Source of the DNA: Candidatus Fimenecus sp.
Lineage (GTDB): Bacteria; Bacillota; Clostridia; Oscillospirales; Acutalibacteraceae
DNA length: 64,000 nt
Reading direction: 5' to 3'
Assembly (NCBI GenBank): GCA_045545735.1
Contig: JAZQBM010000007.1
Coordinates: 112,295 to 176,294, forward strand
The position numbers and the translations under genes are program-made. Of the stretch, positions 18,031-25,968 are shown piece after piece (position 1 is the stretch's first letter; the number at the start of each line of letters is the position of its first letter). The notes under the pieces were generated by a model. The model had not been told where the DNA came from, ran no database searches, and worked only from the letters and a program-made list of their open reading frames with translations.

Positions 18031-18086
18031 ACAAAGTGCAAAATGTAAAACGCAAAGTGCAAAATGTCGGAACTGCGTTCCGTTAA
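18031..18086 (-). repeat. Intergenic motif locus A: hairpin followed by 2 x CATTTTGCACTTTG (read on - strand)
   Basis: CAAAGTGCAAAATG at 18032-18045 and 18053-18066, with hairpin cggaac-tgc-gttccg at 18068-18082. Confidence 0.8.
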
Positions 18087-18120
18087 AACAATTAAATAAA
18101 CGATACTTTACAGAATAATA

Positions 18121-18153
18121 TAAAAACAACCCATCTAAATAAATAGATGGGTT
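18121..18153 (-). terminator. Rho-independent terminator of the M15 peptidase gene
   Basis: aacccatcta / tagatgggtt stem followed on the - strand by gttttta. Confidence 0.65.
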
Positions 18154-18158
18154 AAATT

Positions 18159-18983
18159 TTATACTGCTTTCAAATATTCTTCCAAACAAAGATTATTCGA
18201 TTTCATTTCGTTTGCAACATCAATGCCAACATAACGCCAGTGCCAAGGCTGATAAATTATTCCCGTAATTTCCGTCTTATCTTCGGGATAACGAAGAATA
18301 AATCCATATTTATGAGCATTATTAACAAGCCATTTATATTCGTCAGTTGCCGAGAATCCTGCACTTGCACTTATAATATCAACGCTGAGCCCTGCACCGT
18401 TTTCACTACAGCCTGCAGGCTCAACTCTTTTTTCTGCATTAGTTTTTGCTTCGTCTTCTGTCATTCCTTGCAAAACAAAAGCCTGTACTTTGTTTTCATA
18501 GTTTGTTTGTTGACGTGAATAACTACAGTATGCTGAATATGGTGTCAATACATAACCTTGTTTCAATGCATCTGCATACATAAGTTTGTATGCATCAGAA
18601 ACTCTTGTGTCTGCAGTGACTGAACTACCGTCAACAACGGGGGCAAGTGTGGGACTGTACGTTTTACCTAATGGATATTTTTTGCTGATAAGGGTTATTG
18701 CCCAGTTTTCACTATTAAGGACTTCAACAGGGTTGTAATTGTCCCATTTAACAGGCGGTTTTGTTGTAGTTTCAGGTAAAGTTGTGCTCTCTTCCTCCGT
18801 AGTGGATTCTTCCGGTGTAGGGGGAAGTGTGGTGCTTTCCTCGGTTGTGGTTTCTGTTGTAATTTCAACTTCGTTGTAGTTACCGTCACGACAGAAAACT
18901 GCAAATAAAACCAACAGCAAACCAAGAATAGCAATCAAGGCAATAAGCAAGGCAAATCTTATTTTTAACTGTCTTTTTTTCAT
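18159..18983 (-). CDS. VanY/LdcB-type (M15B) D,D- or L,D-carboxypeptidase homologue, membrane-anchored
   Basis: KWLVNNAHKYGFILRYPEDKTEITGIIYQPWHWRYVG is typical of the family. N-terminal TM anchor and Thr/Glu linker. ATG 18983 (MKKRQ, RBS AAGGA) is preferred over 19019. Confidence 0.8.
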   Translation of the reverse strand: MKKRQLKIRFALLIALIAILGLLLVLFAVFCRDGNYNEVEITTETTTEESTTLPPTPEESTTEEESTTLPETTTKPPVKWDNYNPVEVLNSENWAITLISKKYPLGKTYSPTLAPVVDGSSVTADTRVSDAYKLMYADALKQGYVLTPYSAYCSYSRQQTNYENKVQAFVLQGMTEDEAKTNAEKRVEPAGCSENGAGLSVDIISASAGFSATDEYKWLVNNAHKYGFILRYPEDKTEITGIIYQPWHWRYVGIDVANEMKSNNLCLEEYLKAV

Positions 18984-19165
18984 ATTAATTTCCTTAATTT
19001 TATAAAAATCTCTTTTCAACAGTATATAGTTTATTCTTTTTTTTGCGTAATGTCAATATTTGCAATTTTTTTCAAAATAGTAGTGACTTAATAAAAAAAG
19101 TGTGCTAAAATAATTATAATTATATTATTGTGGCAAAATATTTTGCCTTTTTGGAGGTAATAGGT

Positions 19166-20434
19166 TTGAAAGCAAGCGAAAGTCATGCTCATTACGCTTC
19201 TAAAGTACGCGAGTGTTCAAACTTTGCAGTTCGTGAAATTAAAAGAGTGTGCGAGCAGGTAGGTCCTCGTCCCGCAGGCTATGAAGGTGAGAAAAAAGCT
19301 CAAGATTATGTTGAAAAGCTTATGACACCTATCGCGGATGAAGTTACAAGAGAAAAATTCACATTAAGCCCAAAGGCTTTTATGAGTTGGGTTACTATTG
19401 ATGGTATTTTGGCACTTGTTGCGGCAGTTTTAGGAATTGTAGCATTTACAGGTGCAGTACCTGAGTTAGCAAACGCATTCCATATTGCATCAATCGTGCT
19501 TTGCGTAATTGCAATTGTATTTCTTGTAGGCGAATTTTTACTTTACAAAAAAGTTCTTGACCCGTTCTTTAAAAAAGAAGAATCAAGTAACGTTATATGC
19601 AAAATTAACGCTAAAGGTGAAGTAAAAAGAAGAATTATTATCGGTGGTCATATTGACTCTGCTTATGAGTGGCGTTATACATATATGGGCGGACCTAAAA
19701 TGGTTACTGCAGTTGTTGCGGGTGCAGTTTTAGGACTTCTTCTCACACTTGTTGTAGGCATTGTTGGTATGTTCATTGAGAATGATAGTGCTAATATTGT
19801 GTTAATCGTGTTACAAGCGATTGTAGTGCCATTTTTGGCATCAGTAATCTTCTTTGTGAACTGGAAATTGGTAGTTGATGGTGCAAATGACGACTTAACA
19901 GGCGTTTTTACATCAATGGCGGTTCTTCTTTATCTTAAAAATAATAACATCAGTTTTGAAAATACTGAAGTTGTTGCAGTATCAATGGGTGCTGAGGAAG
20001 AAGGTCTTCGTGGCTCAAAGGCTTATGCAGAATTGCACGGTGACGAATTTAAAAATGACGGTGTTGAAACTGTTTTCGTAGCACTTGACACACTTCGCGA
20101 CTACGATTTTATGGGTATTGTTACAAAAGATATGACTGCAACGGTAAAACTTGACAAATCTGCTTGTGCTTTAATGAAAAAAGCCGCAGAAAATGCAGAT
20201 GTGCCCGTTAAATTCACAACTACACCACTTGGCTCAACTGATGCAGCTGCTATGCAACAGGGCGGAATTAAGTCAGTAGCATTTACAAGTATGGACCCTG
20301 CTCCTGCAAGATATTATCACACTCGTCTTGACAAGGTTAATATGCTTGAAATGAAAACTATTGAAGATACACTTAAAATTGTTCTTGAAACCGTGTTCTT
20401 GTTTGATGAACAAGGTCTTAAAGAACAATATTGA
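19166..20434 (+). CDS. M28-family metallopeptidase with membrane-spanning insert
   Basis: Motifs IIIGGHIDSAYEW and GAEEEGLRGSKAY, plus several TM segments. TTG 19166 lies 8 nt after GGAGG; the ORF track starts at GTG 19130. Confidence 0.7.
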   Translation: MKASESHAHYASKVRECSNFAVREIKRVCEQVGPRPAGYEGEKKAQDYVEKLMTPIADEVTREKFTLSPKAFMSWVTIDGILALVAAVLGIVAFTGAVPELANAFHIASIVLCVIAIVFLVGEFLLYKKVLDPFFKKEESSNVICKINAKGEVKRRIIIGGHIDSAYEWRYTYMGGPKMVTAVVAGAVLGLLLTLVVGIVGMFIENDSANIVLIVLQAIVVPFLASVIFFVNWKLVVDGANDDLTGVFTSMAVLLYLKNNNISFENTEVVAVSMGAEEEGLRGSKAYAELHGDEFKNDGVETVFVALDTLRDYDFMGIVTKDMTATVKLDKSACALMKKAAENADVPVKFTTTPLGSTDAAAMQQGGIKSVAFTSMDPAPARYYHTRLDKVNMLEMKTIEDTLKIVLETVFLFDEQGLKEQY

Positions 20435-20468
20435 GATAGTATAATTCACCGAAAGGGGAAAATATATA

Positions 20469-21644
20469 ATGAAAAAGAATGTTATGAGAATTATTAGTCT
20501 TGTTTTGGTTGTTGTTATGATGACAACTGCTTTTGCAGGATGTGGCACATCAGATGTTGTAAGACCAACAGCAGTTCAGGTTAAAACTGACTTGCAAGAT
20601 GTGTATTTTGAATTTACTTATGGTGAACTTAAAGAGATTTTACCGGGCGATAAACTTGCTACTCTTTTTGAAAACATCAATTCAAAAACTGACGACAAAA
20701 CTGTTGAGATTTCATACTATGAACTCGTTTCAAAATATGGCTCAGAGGACTACTTTGTAGACCTTCTTGCACTTGCGTCGGACGAAGAATGGGCACAGTT
20801 TACAGGTAATCAGCAGGGTATACTTGATTACTTTAACGGAAAAATCAATGAAATAAAAACAACAGGCGTTGCAAGAGTTTCATACAGCGAAAACTTCTGG
20901 ATTAATCACGGCGATGGTGTTGTATTCAAAGATGTTCAAGGCAACGAACTTGAAGGTCAGTCAGAATTAAAGGCGGCATTCCGTCTTTATGCAGATATGG
21001 CACTTAAAGACATCGGCAAATACCTTATGAACATTTCTAATGAAGAAAAATATCAGGTTAAAGAAGGCGACGAAGACAAACTTGTTGCTACTGATTTCAA
21101 CGAGGATTTAACAAATATTATCTACCCATTAGGTGAAAAGACTGCAAGTACTCTTACACTTGCTGACCTTTACACAGATAAAGAAACAAATACATATCCT
21201 ATTTATACATCAGTGGTGCCTACACTCGTTCACGACCTTGACGAAAAAGGCAACAATGCAGAAGATGAAGAGGGCGAATATATTTTTGTGCCGTCAGAAC
21301 TTTACAGAACAATCTGCATTATGGTAAAACCTGAAGAAACAAGCGTTAAAAAGGCATTTTCAGTTCGTGAAAAAGACGGCATTTTAGAGCAGTTCAAAGT
21401 TGCAGAAAGCTATTTGACTGTAAATTCTTTTGAAATTGCATTCACACCTTGCAAAATTATGGCAGGCTTTAACGCAGTAAATGACCAGATGACATATGCA
21501 ACATATGAGAAGAATATGGTTATTACTGCAAACGTAACATTTACAGGTGCACTTGCAGAATACGGCACAGTAGTTGTTGAATTCCCTTGCACATCTTCAC
21601 TTACATACAATTTCGGCTGGAAAACAGACGCTCCTGCTGAATAA
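20469..21644 (+). CDS. Lipoprotein, unknown function
   Basis: Signal peptide with lipobox TAFAGC. Confidence 0.7.
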   Translation: MKKNVMRIISLVLVVVMMTTAFAGCGTSDVVRPTAVQVKTDLQDVYFEFTYGELKEILPGDKLATLFENINSKTDDKTVEISYYELVSKYGSEDYFVDLLALASDEEWAQFTGNQQGILDYFNGKINEIKTTGVARVSYSENFWINHGDGVVFKDVQGNELEGQSELKAAFRLYADMALKDIGKYLMNISNEEKYQVKEGDEDKLVATDFNEDLTNIIYPLGEKTASTLTLADLYTDKETNTYPIYTSVVPTLVHDLDEKGNNAEDEEGEYIFVPSELYRTICIMVKPEETSVKKAFSVREKDGILEQFKVAESYLTVNSFEIAFTPCKIMAGFNAVNDQMTYATYEKNMVITANVTFTGALAEYGTVVVEFPCTSSLTYNFGWKTDAPAE

Positions 21645-21680
21645 TTGTAATATTTCACAAAAATAGGACAAATAATTTTA

Positions 21681-21712
21681 CAGCGGTACTCAAAAGGAGT
21701 GCCGCTGTTTTG
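21681..21712 (+). terminator. Rho-independent terminator
   Basis: cagcggtactc-aaaag-gagtgccgctg plus tttt. Confidence 0.8.
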
Positions 21713-21776
21713 TTGCTTTTTACTTTTTTCGGGTGTAAAATATTGGTATAAGATTTTTTCTTAAAGGGGAATTGTT

Positions 21777-23804
21777 ATGAAAAAGATGTTATCAGTTATT
21801 CTCGCAGTTCTTATAATTTTCTCGGCAGTATCTATAGGGGCTGTTGCGGGAACAGAAGAAAAAGTACCGGTTGTAATTTTGCAGGGCTACTCAGGTCCAG
21901 ACCTTGCCTATGCAGATGAAAACGGTGAGCCAATTGTTGATGAAAACGGAAACGTTCAACTTGCGTGGCCGTTGAATTTTGATAATCTTGGTGCAGATAT
22001 CGCCGAATTACTTGCAGATGTTACTCTTAGTCAAAGTGACCTTGGCGATGCAATCGTTGATGTGTTACAAGAGTATTTTGAACCACTCGAAATGCATCCT
22101 GACGGTACATCAAAGAATAATCTTGTGCCATACCCAAGTGGTGCGGCGGCAACACGTGCGTCAACTCTTATTGAAAACGGTATGGAAGAGTATATTCCTG
22201 AGGCTGTAGTTGCTGAAATGGCAATGGAAGAAGTGGGTGCAGAAAACGTTTTTGGTTTTACTCAGGACTGGCGACAAAGTCAGGTTGATTCTGCTGCTGA
22301 CCTTGATGCGTATATTCAAGAAGTAAAAGAAATTACAGGTGCAGACCAAGTTGACCTTTACGGATTAAGCCACGGTGGTCAGTATGGTACAAGTTATCTT
22401 TACTATTATGGTCATAAAGGTGATGTCAGACGAGCAATGTTTGGTGACCCTGCAACATTGGGAACATCTGCAGTAGGCTCATTCTTCACAGGCGAATATG
22501 TAGATGTAAACCTTGAAGATGTTATCAGGTTTGTTGAACATGGTTTTGAATATGAGCAAGACTGGGAATGGCTTTTGCAACTTCTTTTACTTGATGAAGC
22601 ACTCGTTGAAATAGTAAACAGTGCACTTGTAAATACGGATTTGCTTGAAGGTATTGTGCTTATTCCGTCCCTTTGGGACTTTGTTCCTTATAACTATTTT
22701 GAAGATGCTCTTCAGCATGTGGGATTAAATGAAACAGATAACGGAAAACTTTATAACGATACAGTTAAATTCCACAACGATGTTAATAATGGTGGGTTAA
22801 ACCTTGCAAACAAACTTTCTGCTCTTGAAAACAGCGGTATGAAAATCGGTTATGTTTGTGGAAGTGGCTATGATTCCATTAACGGCAAGTATAATTCTGA
22901 TATACTTATTGATACATATCTTTCATCGGGCTCAGATTGTGCACTTGCAAATGAGCGTTTCCCAGATGGCTATGTTCAAGCGGGAACAGTTTGTGATAAT
23001 CCAAATCATTATCATGTTTCACCTGAATTTGATATTGATGCGTCAACAGGATTTTTGCCCGACAGTACTTGGTATGTGAGAAATCAAGGACACGGTATGA
23101 TTATGCACGACGAGTACTCAAAAAATCTTGTTCACGACTTCTTGTGGGGCGATATTAAGGACGTATATTCAAGTAAAGAATACCCACAGTTCAATATGTC
23201 ACAGAATAATGGTGAAATTCTTTATGCACGATTTAACAATACAAGTTCGGGCTATCATTCAACTGATGACGATGCACTTGTAGTTAAAAATATGTCTGTT
23301 GAGTCTGATGTGGTAATCTGGTCAATTGAGGCAGTTGGTGCAGATGTTGATTTCAGTTATTCGGCGGGACTTACAATTCCAATGGGTAAGGTTTATAACT
23401 TTGAAGCGATAGATAATGATTTTGATAATGCGGAAATTCCGTTTGAAGTGCGTATTACATATTCACTTCTTAACACTCAACTTACATCTATAACATCTGT
23501 TTTCTGTTTCACACCTATGACAGATGCACAAATGACACAGTTCAGTTATCTTTCAAAAACTGCTGATGTTGTGCCTGACGAAACAACAACCGAAAGCACA
23601 ACCGCACCTGATGATATTACCGAAACTACAACTGAACCTACAACCGAATCCACTACAAGTGGTGACAGCGGAGATAATACAGAAAATGTTGAAGGCGACA
23701 TTCCAAAAACAAATCGTAGCATTTCAACGGTAATCACCGCAGTAGCAGTCCTTGCAGGCACAGCAATAACAGCAGGTATTGTAATTAAGAAAAAAGAAGA
23801 ATAA
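21777..23804 (+). CDS. Secreted alpha/beta-hydrolase (lipase/esterase-like) with Thr-rich stalk and C-terminal membrane anchor
   Basis: Signal peptide, nucleophile elbow GLSHGG, ETTTESTTAPDDITETTTEPTTESTT linker, and the C-terminus IPKTNRSISTVITAVAVLAGTAITAGIVIKKKEE. Confidence 0.7.
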   Translation: MKKMLSVILAVLIIFSAVSIGAVAGTEEKVPVVILQGYSGPDLAYADENGEPIVDENGNVQLAWPLNFDNLGADIAELLADVTLSQSDLGDAIVDVLQEYFEPLEMHPDGTSKNNLVPYPSGAAATRASTLIENGMEEYIPEAVVAEMAMEEVGAENVFGFTQDWRQSQVDSAADLDAYIQEVKEITGADQVDLYGLSHGGQYGTSYLYYYGHKGDVRRAMFGDPATLGTSAVGSFFTGEYVDVNLEDVIRFVEHGFEYEQDWEWLLQLLLLDEALVEIVNSALVNTDLLEGIVLIPSLWDFVPYNYFEDALQHVGLNETDNGKLYNDTVKFHNDVNNGGLNLANKLSALENSGMKIGYVCGSGYDSINGKYNSDILIDTYLSSGSDCALANERFPDGYVQAGTVCDNPNHYHVSPEFDIDASTGFLPDSTWYVRNQGHGMIMHDEYSKNLVHDFLWGDIKDVYSSKEYPQFNMSQNNGEILYARFNNTSSGYHSTDDDALVVKNMSVESDVVIWSIEAVGADVDFSYSAGLTIPMGKVYNFEAIDNDFDNAEIPFEVRITYSLLNTQLTSITSVFCFTPMTDAQMTQFSYLSKTADVVPDETTTESTTAPDDITETTTEPTTESTTSGDSGDNTENVEGDIPKTNRSISTVITAVAVLAGTAITAGIVIKKKEE

Positions 23805-23809
23805 GAAAA

Positions 23810-23836
23810 AAGACGGTCAAATGACCGTCTTTTTTA
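23810..23836 (+). terminator. Rho-independent terminator
   Basis: aagacggtc-aaat-gaccgtctt plus ttttt. Confidence 0.85.
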
Positions 23837-23837
23837 A

Positions 23838-23893
23838 TGCAAAACGCAAAACGCAAAGTGCAAAATGAAACGGGACACAATTTGTGTCCCGTT
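23838..23893 (-). repeat. Intergenic motif locus B: terminator hairpin followed by CATTTTGCACTTTG (read on - strand)
   Basis: CAAAGTGCAAAATG at 23854-23867. The hairpin aacgggacaca-att-tgtgtcccgtt at 23869-23893 also serves as terminator for the XRE gene. Confidence 0.8.
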
Positions 23894-23897
23894 AATT

Positions 23898-24116
23898 TTA
23901 TTTGTTCACTTTTGGATTATCTGTTAAGCCTAAAATATAATCTGCTGAGACACTATAAAATTTGCATAATTCATATAACATTTCTATTGGTAGACTTCTT
24001 TCATTTCTTTCATATCTACTATATACAGTTTGTGATGTGTTTAAAAATTCAGCAATAACTGTTTGAGACAAATCTCTATCTTCTCTAAGGATTCGAATTC
24101 TTTCAGCAACTTTCAT
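23898..24116 (-). CDS. XRE/Cro-C1 family HTH transcriptional regulator
   Basis: 72 aa; LSQTVIAEFLNTSQTVYSRYERNERSLPIEMLYELCKFYSVSADYILGL is a canonical HTH_3 domain. Confidence 0.85.
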   Translation of the reverse strand: MKVAERIRILREDRDLSQTVIAEFLNTSQTVYSRYERNERSLPIEMLYELCKFYSVSADYILGLTDNPKVNK

Positions 24117-24153
24117 AAAATCATCTCCTAAAAAATAATATCATAATATCAAA

Positions 24154-24190
24154 TGATACTATTGATTTTAGTATCAAACGGTGTTATAAT
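24154..24190 (+). promoter_or_regulatory. Promoter with overlapping palindromic operator candidate
   Basis: TGATACTA-ttgattt-TAGTATCA (24154-24176). TTGATT (24162-24167), a 17-nt spacer, then TATAAT (24185-24190). Confidence 0.5.
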
Positions 24191-24220
24191 ATTGCAAATT
24201 GCTTATTTGGAGATGATATT

Positions 24221-24502
24221 ATGACAAAAACTATTTCACAACTTTGGGGCGGTAATGTTGACCCTGTAAGGCATCTGGGAGAAAACAATTTAGAAATTGC
24301 CAAAATGGAAAAGCTTATGTCAGATAATTATGATAAACTCAAAGCAAAACTCAACGATGAAACAAAAGAGATTTTAGAAAAATATGCTGATTGCGTAAAT
24401 GATTATGTACTTTTAATCAGCGAACAATCTTTTTGCGACGGATTTTGCTTGGGAACAAAAATTTCAGCAGAAGCATTGGTTGTTGCGGAACAACTGTTAT
24501 AA
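24221..24502 (+). CDS. Hypothetical small protein, divergent from the XRE regulator
   Basis: 93-aa ORF with RBS TGGAGATG. No motif recognised. Confidence 0.55.
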   Translation: MTKTISQLWGGNVDPVRHLGENNLEIAKMEKLMSDNYDKLKAKLNDETKEILEKYADCVNDYVLLISEQSFCDGFCLGTKISAEALVVAEQLL

Positions 24503-24520
24503 ATATTTTTTAATTTATTG

Positions 24521-24548
24521 TTGACAAACGAATTATTTGTGTTATAAT
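24521..24548 (+). promoter_or_regulatory. Promoter of the infC-rpmI-rplT operon
   Basis: TTGACA (24521-24526), a 16-nt spacer, and an extended -10 TGtTATAAT (24540-24548). Confidence 0.7.
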
Positions 24549-24706
24549 AACAGAGCAAAATAAAGCAGAACAGATTTTTGTTCTCACCCGTCGGCTTCGA
24601 GTTGACCGGTCAATACTTAACTTTTAAGATTGATTTGTAATGGTGCGGGCAGAATTTCTGTCCGCATTTTTAATTTCGCCCATAGGGCTATGAGAGGTGT
24701 TTATTT
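24549..24706 (+). promoter_or_regulatory. infC leader with intrinsic attenuator (position and organisation of the Firmicutes L20 ribosomal-protein leader)
   Basis: About 160-nt untranslated leader. Contains the hairpin gcgggcaga-att-tctgtccgc plus attttta (24645-24672) just upstream of the infC RBS GAGAGGTG. Confidence 0.5.
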
Positions 24707-25225
24707 ATCAGTACCAAAGAATTGCAAATCAATGAAGAAATCCGTGACAAAGAGGTCAGAGTTATTACCGACGACGGTGAACAACTTGGAATTATGTCTG
24801 CTAAAGACGCTTGCAAAGAAGCCGAAAAACGCAGTCTTGACCTTGTAAAAATTGCCCCAAATGCTCAGCCACCGGTTTGTAAAATTATGGACTATGGCAA
24901 GTATCGTTTTGACAAGGCAAAAAAAGAAAAGGAAGCAAAGAAAAATCAGAAAGTTATTGAAACTAAAGAAATAAGACTTTCTGTCAACATTGATACTCAT
25001 GACTTTGATACAAAGGTAAATCACGCCCTTAAGTTCTTAAAGGCAGGCAACAAAGTTAAGGTTTCAATCCGTTTTAGAGGTCGTGAAATGGCTCACGCTC
25101 ATTTAGGTAACGGAATTATGGAACGTTTTGCAGTTGCTGTTGAAGAATTGGGCAATGTTGACAAACCTGCAAAACTTGAAGGTCGTCAAATGCTTATGTT
25201 CTTGTCACCAAAGGGCACGAAATAA
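24707..25225 (+). CDS. infC: Translation initiation factor IF-3
   Basis: INEEIRDKEVRVITDDGEQLGI...PPVCKIMDYGKYRFD. Probable non-AUG start ATC 24707, 7 nt after GAGAGGTG, giving the conserved ..KELQINE N-terminus. The ORF track begins at TTG 24722. Confidence 0.9.
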   Translation: MSTKELQINEEIRDKEVRVITDDGEQLGIMSAKDACKEAEKRSLDLVKIAPNAQPPVCKIMDYGKYRFDKAKKEKEAKKNQKVIETKEIRLSVNIDTHDFDTKVNHALKFLKAGNKVKVSIRFRGREMAHAHLGNGIMERFAVAVEELGNVDKPAKLEGRQMLMFLSPKGTK

Positions 25226-25261
25226 AGTAGTAAATCTAAATCAAATTAGGAGGATATTATT

Positions 25262-25459
25262 ATGCCAAAGATTAAAACACATAGCGGAGCTAAAAAAAGA
25301 TTTAAGCTTTCAAAGAACGGCAAGCCAATCAGAGCACACGCTAACAAGTCTCACATCTTAACAAAGAAGAGCACAAAGAGAAAAAGAGGACTTCGTCAGA
25401 CAGCTGTTGCTGATAAGACAAATACAGCACAGATTAAGCGTCTTATTCCTTACAAATAA
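25262..25459 (+). CDS. rpmI: 50S ribosomal protein L35
   Basis: [21 protein letters not shown]... Confidence 0.95.
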   Translation: MPKIKTHSGAKKRFKLSKNGKPIRAHANKSHILTKKSTKRKRGLRQTAVADKTNTAQIKRLIPYK

Positions 25460-25611
25460 GAACCCGACCCGTCAGCGCATTGAAAATGCGGACGGGTGCC
25501 CCGGAACCTTGTTGTCTTACGACAATAAGAACCTGGCTCACGCCAGAACCTTGTTGCTTTGCAATAAAGCATAATATCAAATCGAAAGTACTACATCGGA
25601 GGTAAAGAGAA

Positions 25612-25968
25612 ATGGCACGTGTTAAAGGTGCGATGATGACTCGCAAAAGAAGAAATAAAGTATTAAAGCTCGCTAAGGGCTATTATGGTTCAAAGAGCAA
25701 ACTTTTCAGAACTGCAAAACAGGCAGTTATGAAGAGCGGTAACTATGCTTATATCGGTAGAAAGCAGAAGAAACGTGATTTCAGAAAACTCTGGATTACA
25801 AGAATTTCAGCTGCTTGCAAAATGAATGGTATGAACTACTCAACATTCATCAACGGTCTTAAAAAAGCTGGTATTGACCTTAACAGAAAAATGCTTTCAG
25901 AGATTGCAATTGCAGACCCTGCAGCATTTACAGCTCTTACAGAAAAAGCTAAAGAAGCACTTAAATAA
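25612..25968 (+). CDS. rplT: 50S ribosomal protein L20
   Basis: [29 protein letters not shown]... Confidence 0.95.
   Translation: MARVKGAMMTRKRRNKVLKLAKGYYGSKSKLFRTAKQAVMKSGNYAYIGRKQKKRDFRKLWITRISAACKMNGMNYSTFINGLKKAGIDLNRKMLSEIAIADPAAFTALTEKAKEALK

Noticed and set aside
23837-24058. 73-aa + strand ORF overlapping the XRE gene.
   Set aside because: It is antisense to a canonical HTH_3 protein and starts inside the repeated intergenic motif. The sequence is implausible and there is no RBS.
23838-24502. Prophage or integrative-element remnant.
   Set aside because: Only an XRE regulator and one small ORF are present. There is no integrase, no att-like long direct repeats and no structural genes.
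25443-25646. 67-aa - strand ORF spanning the rpmI-rplT spacer.
   Set aside because: It overlaps the ends of two ribosomal protein genes and the structured spacer. It is better explained as non-coding structure.
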